Notes under the pieces: model-generated
Told to the model about the DNA's origin: nothing
The model's input: the letters and a program-made list of their open reading frames with translations, nothing else
Database searches by the model: none
Assembly: GCA_035285125.1 (NCBI GenBank)
Contig: JAYKHR010000045.1
Span: forward strand, 64,001 to 128,000
Reading direction: 5' to 3'
Length of the DNA: 64,000 nucleotides
Origin: Candidatus Sericytochromatia bacterium
Lineage (GTDB): Bacteria > Cyanobacteriota > Sericytochromatia > S15B-MN24 > JAQBPE01
In this document: positions 55,609 to 64,000 of the stretch, in pieces
Layout of the letters: each line of letters opens with the position of its first letter
Position numbering within the stretch: the stretch's first letter is position 1
Made by a program: the position numbers and the translations under genes

Positions 55609-58066
55609 ATGAGACGCCACGCTGACTACGTCGACCTGGCCTTCGGGATGTTTGCGGAATCCGCGCGACGCGGGGTCCTGTTTCACACGGCCGAGGATGA
55701 GGTCCTCGACGGGCGCTGCATCACCGTGACCGGCCAGAAATGGCTCAACTTCGCATCCTGCTCCTACCTGGGGCTGGAGCTCGATGAGCGCCTGAAGGCT
55801 GGCGCCATCGAGGCGGTGAGCCGCTACGGCACCCAGTTCTCCGCCTCACGCGCCGCGGTCTCCGCACCTCCGTACAAGGAGCTGGAGGCGCTGCTGGAAG
55901 CCGTGTTCGACGCCATCCCCCTGCCCACGCCCACCACGTCGCTCGGCCACATCGCAGCCTTGCCGGCGCTGGTCGAGGACACGGATCTGATGGTGCTCGA
56001 CCAACAGGTGCACGCGAGCGTGATGAACGCGGCGAACCTGGCGCGGGTGCACGGGGCCGGCCTGGAGGTGATCCGTCACAACAACCTCGCCCAGCTGGAG
56101 GACATCCTGGTGCGTGAACGCGGTCGTCGCCGCCACATCTGGTACCTGGCGGATGGCGTCTACAGCATGTACGGAGACTTTGCGCCGATCGAGGCGCTGA
56201 TGAAGCTGCTCGGGCAGCACGAGCAGCTCCACCTGTACGTCGACGACGCCCACGCCATGAGCTGGTGCGGCCAGCACGGGCGCGGCTTCGTGCTCGGCAA
56301 CACGCCGTTGCACCCCAGGATGGTGGTGGCGACCTCCCTGAACAAGGCCTTTGCCTGCGCGGGTGGCGTGCTCCTCTTGCCAGACCCGAAGCTGCGCGCC
56401 AGGGTGCGCATGGGCGGTGGACCGTTGATTTTCTCGGGGCCCCTCCAACCTCCCATGCTCGGGGCCGCCGTGGCCGCGGCCAGGCTCCACTTGTCCCCCG
56501 AGTTTCCAGCCCTCCAGCACGAGCTGCTGGAGCGCATCCGACACTGCAACCGGGTCTGCAACGCACTCGGGCTGCCCCTGGTGTCCCAGGACGAGAGCCC
56601 CGTCCGCTTCATCGCCACAGGCCTGCCGCAGGTCAGCTACGACATGGTCGAGCGGTTGCAGCGGGAGGGCTTTTACCTGACTGTCGCGGTCTTCCCCTTG
56701 GTCCCGATGAAGCGGGCGGGACTGCGCCTCACGCTGACCCGGCACCTGAGCCTCGACGACATCAGCCGGCTGGCAGAGGCGGTGGCCCACCACCTGCCGT
56801 TGGCCCTGCAGCAAGCAGGTTCTTCCTTGGAAGAGGTCCGGGCCGCGTTTCAACTCGGGGAGGCAGAGCACCCGCAAGCCGTCGCGAGGCCCACACCGAC
56901 GCACCTGCGGCTCGAGAAGGTCACCTCCATCGCCCGGCTCGATGCCGAGGAGTGGGACGCGCTGCTGGGGAATCGCGGCACCTTCGGCGCGGAGGCCCTG
57001 GCCCTCCTGGAAGCCACCTTTGAGGGGCAAGCCCACCCCGAAAACAACTGGCGGTTCCTGTATTACCTCGTGCGAGATGGCGCGGGGAAGGCCGTTGCCG
57101 CCACGTTCTTCACCGAGACCCTCTGGAAGGACGACATGATCGCCTCTCCCGACGTGTCGAGGCTCGCCGAGCAGCGGCGCCGGAAGGACCCCACCTTTTT
57201 GACCTCACGCACCCTGGCGATGGGATCGCTGCTGACCGAAGGGGACCACCTCTACCTGGACCGCACGGGCGACTGGCGAGAGGCGCTCCGGCTGATCCTT
57301 CGCGACGTCGCAGAGGAACAATCCCACGGCGCCCGGGTGCTGGTGCTGCGAGACCTCGACGCAGAGGATCCCGAGTTGGACGCCTACCTGTTGTCCCAAG
57401 GCTTCGCCCGCTACCTGATGCCCGAAACGATGGTGCTCGACCTGGCGCCGGATTACAGGCTCGACGACTACATGGCGCGCCTCACGCGGCGGTCGCGCCG
57501 CTTCCTCAAGCAAGAGGTGTTGCCCAGGACCTCGCAGCTCAAGGTTCGCCTGGCTGGGGGCGAGGCGCCGGCGCTGAGCCAGGACGAGTTGCGCTACCTT
57601 CACCGCCTGTATGCCAACGTTCAGGCTCGCAGCTTCGAACTCAACACCTTCACGCTCCCCCTGGCACTTTTCGAGCGGATGAACGGGAGGCAGGCCTGGG
57701 AATTCCTGCTGCTCCACGTTCCCCCTGAAGCTGGGGGGGCCTGCAGACGGGCAGCCCGTGGCTTTCTTGGCCGCGCACCGGGGGCCGGGCCCCTACGTCC
57801 CGCTCCTGGTGGGGCTGGATTACCGCTACGTCGAGTCTCACGGGGTCTACCGGCAGGCGATCTGGGCCGCCATCGGACGGGCTCGCGCGGTGGGGGCCAC
57901 GCGCGTGTGCTTCGGGATGGGGGCGGCCCTCGAAAAGCATCGTTTCGGGGCAACGGGAAGCCGCCACGCCATTTACTTCCAGGTCGCCGACACCTACAAC
58001 TTCGAGGTCCTGCTCCAACTGATGGGCGAGGTGGGCCGGAGCCCCGCCCCGCTCGGCCAGCCCTGA
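55609..58066 (+). CDS. alpha-oxoamine synthase (PLP class II)-GNAT-like fusion, frameshift at G7 run near 57735
   Basis: NFASCSYLGL, HAS, DGVYSMYGD, VDDAHA, SLNKAF; C-terminus PVAFLAAH...VGLDY...FGMGAALEKHRFGA lies in a shifted frame ending 58066. Confidence 0.8.
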
Positions 58067-58070
58067 GCGC

Positions 58071-59249
58071 TCACCGCGGAATCCGCGTGGCGAGCTGGCC
58101 GAGCACCCGGGAGGCCCCCGCCGCGAGCGCGGCGAGCCCGGCAAGCATTGCCGCCACAGGCCGCGGTGCAGCCTGCGGCGCCAGGCTGGCGGGCCCCGCC
58201 GTGGCCTCGGGCGGCGGTGCCGCAAGGGCCGGCTCCTCCCCCGCCTGGGGCGGCTCCCCGGGCAGCGGCGGCGGCGCGGCCGGCAGCCCCCCCGGATGCG
58301 CGGGCGTCGCGGGGGCCGCCAGCACCGCCTGGTGGAGGTCCCGCGTCAGGCCCGCGATGCGCGCCCAGGTGTTCCCCCCGGGCGCCTCCCGCGTGAGCAC
58401 GGCGAGCACGTAGCTGCGCCCGGCCACCTCGATGATGGCGACGTCGTGCGTGACCTCGGAGGTCTCGCCCGTCTTGTGGTAGACGCGGGCGTCGCGGGGC
58501 AGCCCGGCCGGGATCTTGTCATGGTCGAGCTGGCGGCCGAGGATCGCCTTCATGCGCGCGCTGGCCGCGGGCGAGACGAGGGTGCCAGCCTGAAGCCGCA
58601 CCAGCATCGTTGCCATGTCGAGGGCCGTCGTGCGGTTGCGCCCGCCCGGCGAGGCGTCGTCTCGCACGGTGTTGCCGGCGCTGAGCTTGCGGGCCAGGAC
58701 CGTCGCCGGCGCCCCCCAGCGGCTGAAGCCCGCGGCCAGGGCCGTGCGGTCGAGGCCATCGAGCAGGGTGTTGGTCGCCACGTTGTCGCTGCGGGTGATC
58801 AGCACGTCTTGCAGCGTGGCGAGCGACACCCGCGTGCCGGGCCGCAGGTGCGGACGCGCGTCGCCCGGCGGCGACCACGTGCCCGTCATGTTGGCGGCCT
58901 TCACCGCGACGGAGGCCGCGGGGTCGAGGCGGCCGGCCTCGATGGCCTCCTGCACGGCCGCGAGCAGCGGCAGCTTGATCACGCTCGCCGCCGGGAAGGC
59001 CACCTGGCCGTGGCGCATCGCCAGCCGGTTGGTGGCGGGCTCGACCAGCACGATGCCTGCCGCCGACAGCCCCCAGCGCCTCGCCGCGGCATCGAGCGCG
59101 GCCTGCAAGGCGGCATCGGGCCTCGCCGGGAGCGAGGCGACAGGGGCCGGCGCGGGCGCGGCGGGCACGGCGTCGCCCTGGCGCGGCGGGGGGGGCGGCG
59201 CCAGCTCGGATCGCCGGGGGACGGGCTGCAGGGGGGAGACTGCGGGCAT
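58071..59249 (-). CDS. class A beta-lactamase-like serine hydrolase
   Basis: FPAASVIK, SDN, HKTG, HDVA; AGGAGG SD; Pro-rich termini. Confidence 0.88.
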   Translation of the reverse strand: MPAVSPLQPVPRRSELAPPPPPRQGDAVPAAPAPAPVASLPARPDAALQAALDAAARRWGLSAAGIVLVEPATNRLAMRHGQVAFPAASVIKLPLLAAVQEAIEAGRLDPAASVAVKAANMTGTWSPPGDARPHLRPGTRVSLATLQDVLITRSDNVATNTLLDGLDRTALAAGFSRWGAPATVLARKLSAGNTVRDDASPGGRNRTTALDMATMLVRLQAGTLVSPAASARMKAILGRQLDHDKIPAGLPRDARVYHKTGETSEVTHDVAIIEVAGRSYVLAVLTREAPGGNTWARIAGLTRDLHQAVLAAPATPAHPGGLPAAPPPLPGEPPQAGEEPALAAPPPEATAGPASLAPQAAPRPVAAMLAGLAALAAGASRVLGQLATRIPR

Positions 59250-59445
59250 TGGATCACGACCTCCTGGCTGCCTTGTCCTGGGCCCTGGTTCCAATCCGGT
59301 TTCAGCGGCGGCCTGGCGGGCGCCTGCCCGCCCCCGCCAGGCCAGCCCCCCACCAGTCTTGATCAGGCCTCGCAGCAACGATCTCGGGGCTTATGAAAAA
59401 TTTTTCGCCCGCGGGACGAAAGGTCCGGGCGGCTCGGGCCTACAA

Positions 59446-59481
59446 TTAAAGGAAAGTTAAGTCTTGATTCAGGAAATTTAA
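59446..59481. promoter_or_regulatory. TTAA-N7-TTAA-N7-TTCA-N6-TTAA array in divergent promoter region
   Basis: Four half-sites at about 11-bp period. Confidence 0.6.
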
Positions 59482-59519
59482 AGTCGCCCCGCGACCTTTC
59501 ACAGGAGCTCTTCCAACTC

Positions 59520-60065
59520 ATGCGCACCCTACTTCCCTTGCTCTCCCCCACCCTCGCGGTGCTCGTGCTCGCCGCCGCGACCGGCTGCGCCACCGGCGCC
59601 GGCCCCGTCCGGGTGGCCCCCGTCCAGGCGTCCGCGGCGCTGGAGGCCGAGCGCGCCTACTCGATCGAGACCCTGCTGGGCATCGGCCCCGTCTATGGCA
59701 AGAAGCTGCGCGAGGCCGGCATCACCAGCACCGCCAAGCTGGTGACGGCCACCGGCACGCGCTACAAGCGGCAGACGCTCGCCGCGAAGGCGGACATCCC
59801 CTACAAGCTCGTGCTCGCCTGGTCGCAGAAGGTCGCCCTGATGGAGCTGCCCGGCGTCGGCCCGCGCCAGAGCAACCTGCTCGCCGCCGTCGGCGTCGAG
59901 TCGGTCCAGGAGCTCGCCCGCCGCGACCCCGCCAACCTGCACGAGCGGCTGGCCATCGCCAACACCTTCAAGCCCCGCTTCGTGGACGGCACGCCGTCGC
60001 TCGCGACCGTGACGAGGTGGGTGGAGGGGGCGCGTCGCCTGGCCGCCCGGACCGACGCCGAGTAA
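59520..60065 (+). CDS. DUF4332-like helix-hairpin-helix lipoprotein
   Basis: Lipobox AATGC; GIGPVYGKKL..AGI, LPGVGP....LL..VGV.SV.ELA.R.P..L. Confidence 0.82.
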   Translation: MRTLLPLLSPTLAVLVLAAATGCATGAGPVRVAPVQASAALEAERAYSIETLLGIGPVYGKKLREAGITSTAKLVTATGTRYKRQTLAAKADIPYKLVLAWSQKVALMELPGVGPRQSNLLAAVGVESVQELARRDPANLHERLAIANTFKPRFVDGTPSLATVTRWVEGARRLAARTDAE

Positions 60066-60082
60066 CGCGCTCCGCGCCCTCC

Positions 60083-60115
60083 AAGGCTCCGTCCCCCCGG
60101 GGGCGGGGCCTTTTT
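60083..60115 (+). terminator. rho-independent terminator
   Basis: aaggctccgtccccccgggggcggggcc followed by ttttt. Confidence 0.7.
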
Positions 60116-60202
60116 GCCGGGCCCGGCGCGGGACGCGAGCGGCCTGCTGGGGTATGAGACCACCAGGCGGGCCGGGCCGCTCGCCGGGTCGGAGAGCCGT
60201 CG

Positions 60203-61543
60203 ATGTTCCCTCTTCAGCGTTCCTGGTTCCACGCCCCGCTCGCCACCGTGGTGGTGCTGGCGGCCTGCACGGCGGCCCCGCCGACCACCTCCGAGGGCGC
60301 CGGCAAGGCAGGGACCAGCCGGCCTCAGAAGAAGGCGACGCCCGCCGCGTCGCTGACCGCGTCGCCGCCGGGCACACCCAAGCCGTCCCTCACGCCTGCC
60401 AGCGCCTCACCTCCGGCCTCGGCCTCGCCACCGGGCACCCCGAAGCCCTCAGCCAGCGGCCTCACCACGCCCACCCCAACCCCCAGCGCCAGCGGGACCG
60501 CCCCCGTCACCCCCGCGGCCAGCGCCAGCCCTGCCTCGACGCCCGTCCCCTCCAACCTGCCGTCCCCCGGCAACGCCACCGTCGGCACGTTTGCCGGCAC
60601 CGGGGCCGTGGGGATGGTCAACGGCGCCGCCAACGGCACGGCCACCTTCAAGGAGCCCAAGGGGCTCGCCCTGGGTCCCGACGGGGCGGTGTACGTCGCC
60701 GACACGGGCAACCACATGGTCCGCAAGGTCAAGGACGGGCAGGTGACGACGGTGCTGGGAGACGGCACCTTCACGACGCCCAACGACGCGGCGCGCCTGC
60801 GCAGCCCCGAGGACGTGGCCGTGGGACGCGACGGCGTCGTGTACATCAGCGACACCGCCAACCACCGCATCCGCAAGCACAAGCCAGGGACGGTGGACAC
60901 CGCCGGCAAGCCCATCACGGACTGGATCATCGGGAACGGCGGCCAGGGCTTCGCAGACGGCGAGGCCGACACCGCCGAGGTCAACGGCCCCTCGGGCATC
61001 GCCCTCACGGCCGACCAGACCAAGCTGTGGGTGGTGGACTCCGGCAACAACACGATCCGGCTTGTCACGCTGGCGACCCGCGCGGTGGTGACGGTGGCGG
61101 GCAAGGCGGGCGTGCTGGGCAACGCCGACGGCACGGGCGAGACGGCCCGCTTCAGCGTTCCGAAGGGGTGCTTCGCCGTGGGCAACGACACGCTCTACGT
61201 CGCGGACTCGGGCAACGAGAAGATCCGCAAGGTGGTGCTCGCGGGGAATCAGGGCACCGTGACCACGGTGGATTTCCCCGGGCTCTTCGCGCCAGCGGAC
61301 GTGTTGCTCTTCGGCCCCTACCTGTTCGTGTCGGATGAGGTGCTGCGCACCGTCGAGCGCAAAGAGGAGGCCTCGGGCACCAAGGAGGTGCTCGCACGGT
61401 CTACAACAGAGGGCTTCGTCGATGGCGACGCGCTCACCACCGCGCAGTTCCGCAGCCTGGCCGACCTGCTCGTGATGCCGACGGGCGAGATCCTCGTCGC
61501 CGACTACGGCAACAACCGCATCCGCAAGATCACGCAGAAGTGA
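60203..61543 (+). CDS. NHL-repeat beta-propeller lipoprotein
   Basis: Lipobox VLAAC, Ser/Pro/Thr linker, repeats YVADTGNHMVRKV, YISDTANHRIRK, VADYGNNRIRKI. Confidence 0.88.
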   Translation: MFPLQRSWFHAPLATVVVLAACTAAPPTTSEGAGKAGTSRPQKKATPAASLTASPPGTPKPSLTPASASPPASASPPGTPKPSASGLTTPTPTPSASGTAPVTPAASASPASTPVPSNLPSPGNATVGTFAGTGAVGMVNGAANGTATFKEPKGLALGPDGAVYVADTGNHMVRKVKDGQVTTVLGDGTFTTPNDAARLRSPEDVAVGRDGVVYISDTANHRIRKHKPGTVDTAGKPITDWIIGNGGQGFADGEADTAEVNGPSGIALTADQTKLWVVDSGNNTIRLVTLATRAVVTVAGKAGVLGNADGTGETARFSVPKGCFAVGNDTLYVADSGNEKIRKVVLAGNQGTVTTVDFPGLFAPADVLLFGPYLFVSDEVLRTVERKEEASGTKEVLARSTTEGFVDGDALTTAQFRSLADLLVMPTGEILVADYGNNRIRKITQK

Positions 61544-61550
61544 CGGGCCG

Positions 61551-62801
61551 TCAGCGAACGGCCCGTCGCTCGCTCTCCGCGACCACCAGGATGTCGAGGG
61601 GAAACATTCCTGCGCCCCACTCGCGCAGCAGCTTGCCCTTGCCCCTGGGATCGAGCTCGAGCACGCGGTTGGTGGCGTTGGCCACGACGTAGAGCAGGCC
61701 CGTGTCGGGGTCCTGCGCCACCATGGCCGGAGAGACCTTGGCCGGCAGCAGCGCGCGCACCTTGCCCGTCGCAAGCTCCACCTTGACCACCTCGGGCGGC
61801 TCGTCGTAGAAGCTCGGGGCGTACAGCCACTTGCCGTCACGCTTGTCCACCACCGCGTTGTGGGGGCCCTCCCCCACCACCAGGGTGCGGGCGATCTGCC
61901 GCTTGGCCACGTCAATCTCGACCACCTTGTTGGTCGAGCGGTAGGCCGCGTACATGAAGCGGCCGTCCCGGCTGAAGTCGACCTTGTAGGGCATCGTGAG
62001 CGGCACGATGAGCCGCCCGAGCTCGCGGCGCCCGTCGGCCGTGTGGAAGGTGATGCCGCTGGCCCGGTTGCCCGGCGGCGAGTCGTGGTCGAAGCGCGTG
62101 ACGGGCACGGTACCGTTGCCCGTCGCCCCCTCCATCGGCAGCCCCGACTTGCCGCGCCGCCGGTGCAGCACGACGAGCTCCTTGCCGTCGGGCGTGTAGT
62201 TCAGGCTGGACACCTGGGTGTCGAAGGGGAACGGGGCGACCTCCAGGCGTTCGAGGTGCTGCCCCGTGCGCGCGTCGACGCGCACCACCCCCGGCGGGCT
62301 GAACGGCACCGTCCAGAGCGACCGCCCGTCGCGGGTGTAGAGGGCCTGGGCCGAGAGGCGGCCCAGGTTCGCCTGCCCGTGGCACTCGTGACAGCTGGTC
62401 TTGCCGGCGAATTTGGCAGGCCCCAGGGCCTCATGGGGAGGAATCTTCGGGATGGGGGCCACCAGCATGTGGCGCTTGAACTCGCCGGTGCGGCCATCGA
62501 AGAACGACACGCTCTCCGAGCCCGTGTTCATGACCACGACCTCACGCCCATCTGGCGAGCGGGACCAGTTGTGCGGCAGGGCCCCCGTCGCCACCTTGCG
62601 GACCCGGTTGCGCGCCGGCTCGATGATGGTGACGGTGCCCTCGAAGACGTTGGAGACGAAGACCAAGGGGCCCCGCAGGTCCGGCGCGGCCGGCCTGGCA
62701 TGCCCCGCGGGCGCCGGGCTCAAAAAGCCGAGCGTGAGGGCTGCAAGCCCCCACGCCCACGCCTTCCGAAGCCTGTCAGAGGTCAGGGTTCGAGGTGCCA
62801 A
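61551..62801 (-). CDS. secreted YncE/cd1-like beta-propeller protein containing a CxxCH motif
   Basis: Signal peptide; blade repeats SPDGR, TRDGR, TPDGK, SRDGR; CHECH. Confidence 0.8.
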   Translation of the reverse strand: MAPRTLTSDRLRKAWAWGLAALTLGFLSPAPAGHARPAAPDLRGPLVFVSNVFEGTVTIIEPARNRVRKVATGALPHNWSRSPDGREVVVMNTGSESVSFFDGRTGEFKRHMLVAPIPKIPPHEALGPAKFAGKTSCHECHGQANLGRLSAQALYTRDGRSLWTVPFSPPGVVRVDARTGQHLERLEVAPFPFDTQVSSLNYTPDGKELVVLHRRRGKSGLPMEGATGNGTVPVTRFDHDSPPGNRASGITFHTADGRRELGRLIVPLTMPYKVDFSRDGRFMYAAYRSTNKVVEIDVAKRQIARTLVVGEGPHNAVVDKRDGKWLYAPSFYDEPPEVVKVELATGKVRALLPAKVSPAMVAQDPDTGLLYVVANATNRVLELDPRGKGKLLREWGAGMFPLDILVVAESERRAVR

Positions 62802-62814
62802 GGTGGATGTCCCG

Positions 62815-63567
62815 TCACTTCTCCACGACGGCGATGAACCTCTTGAGCGTCATCGTGAAGTTCTCGCCGGGGGCCAGGTCCCTGATGCCCGCGGCAGGCT
62901 CATCGACCCATCGGAGCAGCGGCCGGCCCGAGTCGTCCGTGCCCACGAGGTTCTTGAGTTCGAAGGTGACCTTCGGCGGCGGCTCGACGGTGGGCTGGGC
63001 CGTCAGGTTGCGCGGGACGAATCGCTGGCTGAAGGCCCGGTTGGCGTAGTCGAGCGAGACGTCGCCGCTATAGTTCTCGGGGCTGGCGCCACCGCGCCGG
63101 AAGATGTAGTCCATCTTCCACTTGGTCACCATGCCGGACCCGGCGAGCTGGTTGAAGTCGGGCTCGTTGCTCGCGACCGTGAAGCGGACCACGGCGTCCG
63201 TGGCGATGATGATGTCGCCCGTGACGTAGCCGCTGCTGATGCCGAACATGCGGGCCCGGTGACCGACGGCGTCACCCTGCCGGATGGTGTACTTGAAGGC
63301 GCCGTTGTTGGTGGTGGTGGTAGAGGTCCGGCCGTCGTACGAGGACCGGTAGTGCAGCACCGTGATGCCAGGGAAGCCCTTGGCGCCCAGGTTCGAGTCA
63401 CTCGAACCCTCGTAGAGCCGGTTGGAGATGTTGGCCGGCGGCGGCGGGGGGGGCGGGTTGCGGCCCGTGCCCATGCCGGCCTCGGCCGGGATGGCGGGGA
63501 GCAGGGTGGAGCCGACGAGGGTGGCGCAAGCCAGCACGAGGGTGCGGCGGTTGAACATCTGAAGCAT
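62815..63567 (-). CDS. secreted hypothetical protein
   Basis: AAGGAAG SD; signal peptide ending AEA; poly-Pro then beta-rich body. Confidence 0.75.
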   Translation of the reverse strand: MLQMFNRRTLVLACATLVGSTLLPAIPAEAGMGTGRNPPPPPPPANISNRLYEGSSDSNLGAKGFPGITVLHYRSSYDGRTSTTTTNNGAFKYTIRQGDAVGHRARMFGISSGYVTGDIIIATDAVVRFTVASNEPDFNQLAGSGMVTKWKMDYIFRRGGASPENYSGDVSLDYANRAFSQRFVPRNLTAQPTVEPPPKVTFELKNLVGTDDSGRPLLRWVDEPAAGIRDLAPGENFTMTLKRFIAVVEK

Positions 63568-63636
63568 GGAATCTTCCTTTCGACTTGAATCAGGCAAGCT
63601 CTGCAGCTGTCGGACGAACGAGAGGGGCGGGCCGCC

Positions 63637-63999
63637 CTAGTTCGTCACCACCGCCGGCGAGTTGGAGCCACGCATCGTGTAGGTCGCCCAGAAGTACCCG
63701 CGCTCCTGGAACACGGTGGCGAGCACGGGCTTCGTCCAGCCGGTCCCGAAGTCGTACTGGTAGCAGGGGAAGAAGGCCTGGCCGTTGGTCAGCGAGATCG
63801 GGTACTGCCTCTCGACCTCCTTGCCGACGACCCACTTCACCTTGACCTCCGCGCCCGGCTTGATCACGGCGCCGCCGAGGTCGAGGTCGGCGAAGTTGAC
63901 GGGCAGGAAGGGGGCGATCTGATCGGTCGGGGTCGGGGACTGCGTCGAGTCGTTCCAGAGCGTGTAGGTCTGAAGCGGACCGTACAGGTCGCCGTAGGG
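63637..63999 (-). CDS. hypothetical protein, 5' part beyond window edge
   Basis: Frame open to the window end (PYGDLYGPLQTYTLWND...SPAVVTN*), GC3-rich. Confidence 0.7.
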   Translation of the reverse strand, partial: PYGDLYGPLQTYTLWNDSTQSPTPTDQIAPFLPVNFADLDLGGAVIKPGAEVKVKWVVGKEVERQYPISLTNGQAFFPCYQYDFGTGWTKPVLATVFQERGYFWATYTMRGSNSPAVVTN

Positions 64000-64000
64000 C

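Noticed and set aside
55609..56900. bioF (biotin synthesis)
   Set aside because: No other bio genes nearby and fused to a GNAT-like region; family-level call only
58067..58413. C-terminal tail of the 934-aa ORF 55609..58413
   Set aside because: Artefact of the G7 frameshift; it overlaps the convergent serine hydrolase gene
58071..59249. Bona fide antibiotic-resistance beta-lactamase
   Set aside because: Has SxxK/SDN/KTG but no clear class A omega-loop ExxLN and no signal peptide; better called a serine hydrolase/PBP-like protein

Overview
Very GC-rich (roughly 70% or more by eye) bacterial chromosomal segment with about 50 protein genes and one tRNA-Leu(CAA). No rRNA, CRISPR array, integrase or transposase is visible. 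Housekeeping genes include recJ-apt-relA/spoT-rdgB, icd, add, dacB, lepB and an RND efflux pair. Accessory content includes an arsR-acr3/arsC unit, two loci pairing Cys-free ArsR regulators with beta-carbonic anhydrases (one with icd and a DUF6671-like gene, one with SulP), two lipoprotein S8 peptidases, two paralogous membrane histidine kinases (both frameshifted here), an alpha-oxoamine synthase-GNAT fusion, and many orphan secreted or low-complexity proteins. The four strongest leads are: (1) a signal-peptide-bearing leader ORF ending in the ribosome-arrest motif RAPP, whose arrest codons can base-pair with the SD of the downstream carbonic anhydrase-SulP genes; (2) a recurring TTAA-N7-TTAA motif upstream of many secreted or orphan genes; (3) two dif/Xer-like 11-6-11 sites flanking add and one neighbouring gene; (4) a synthase/sensor-kinase divergon resembling alpha-hydroxyketone quorum-sensing pairs. 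All family calls come from recognising motifs by eye; no database searches were run.
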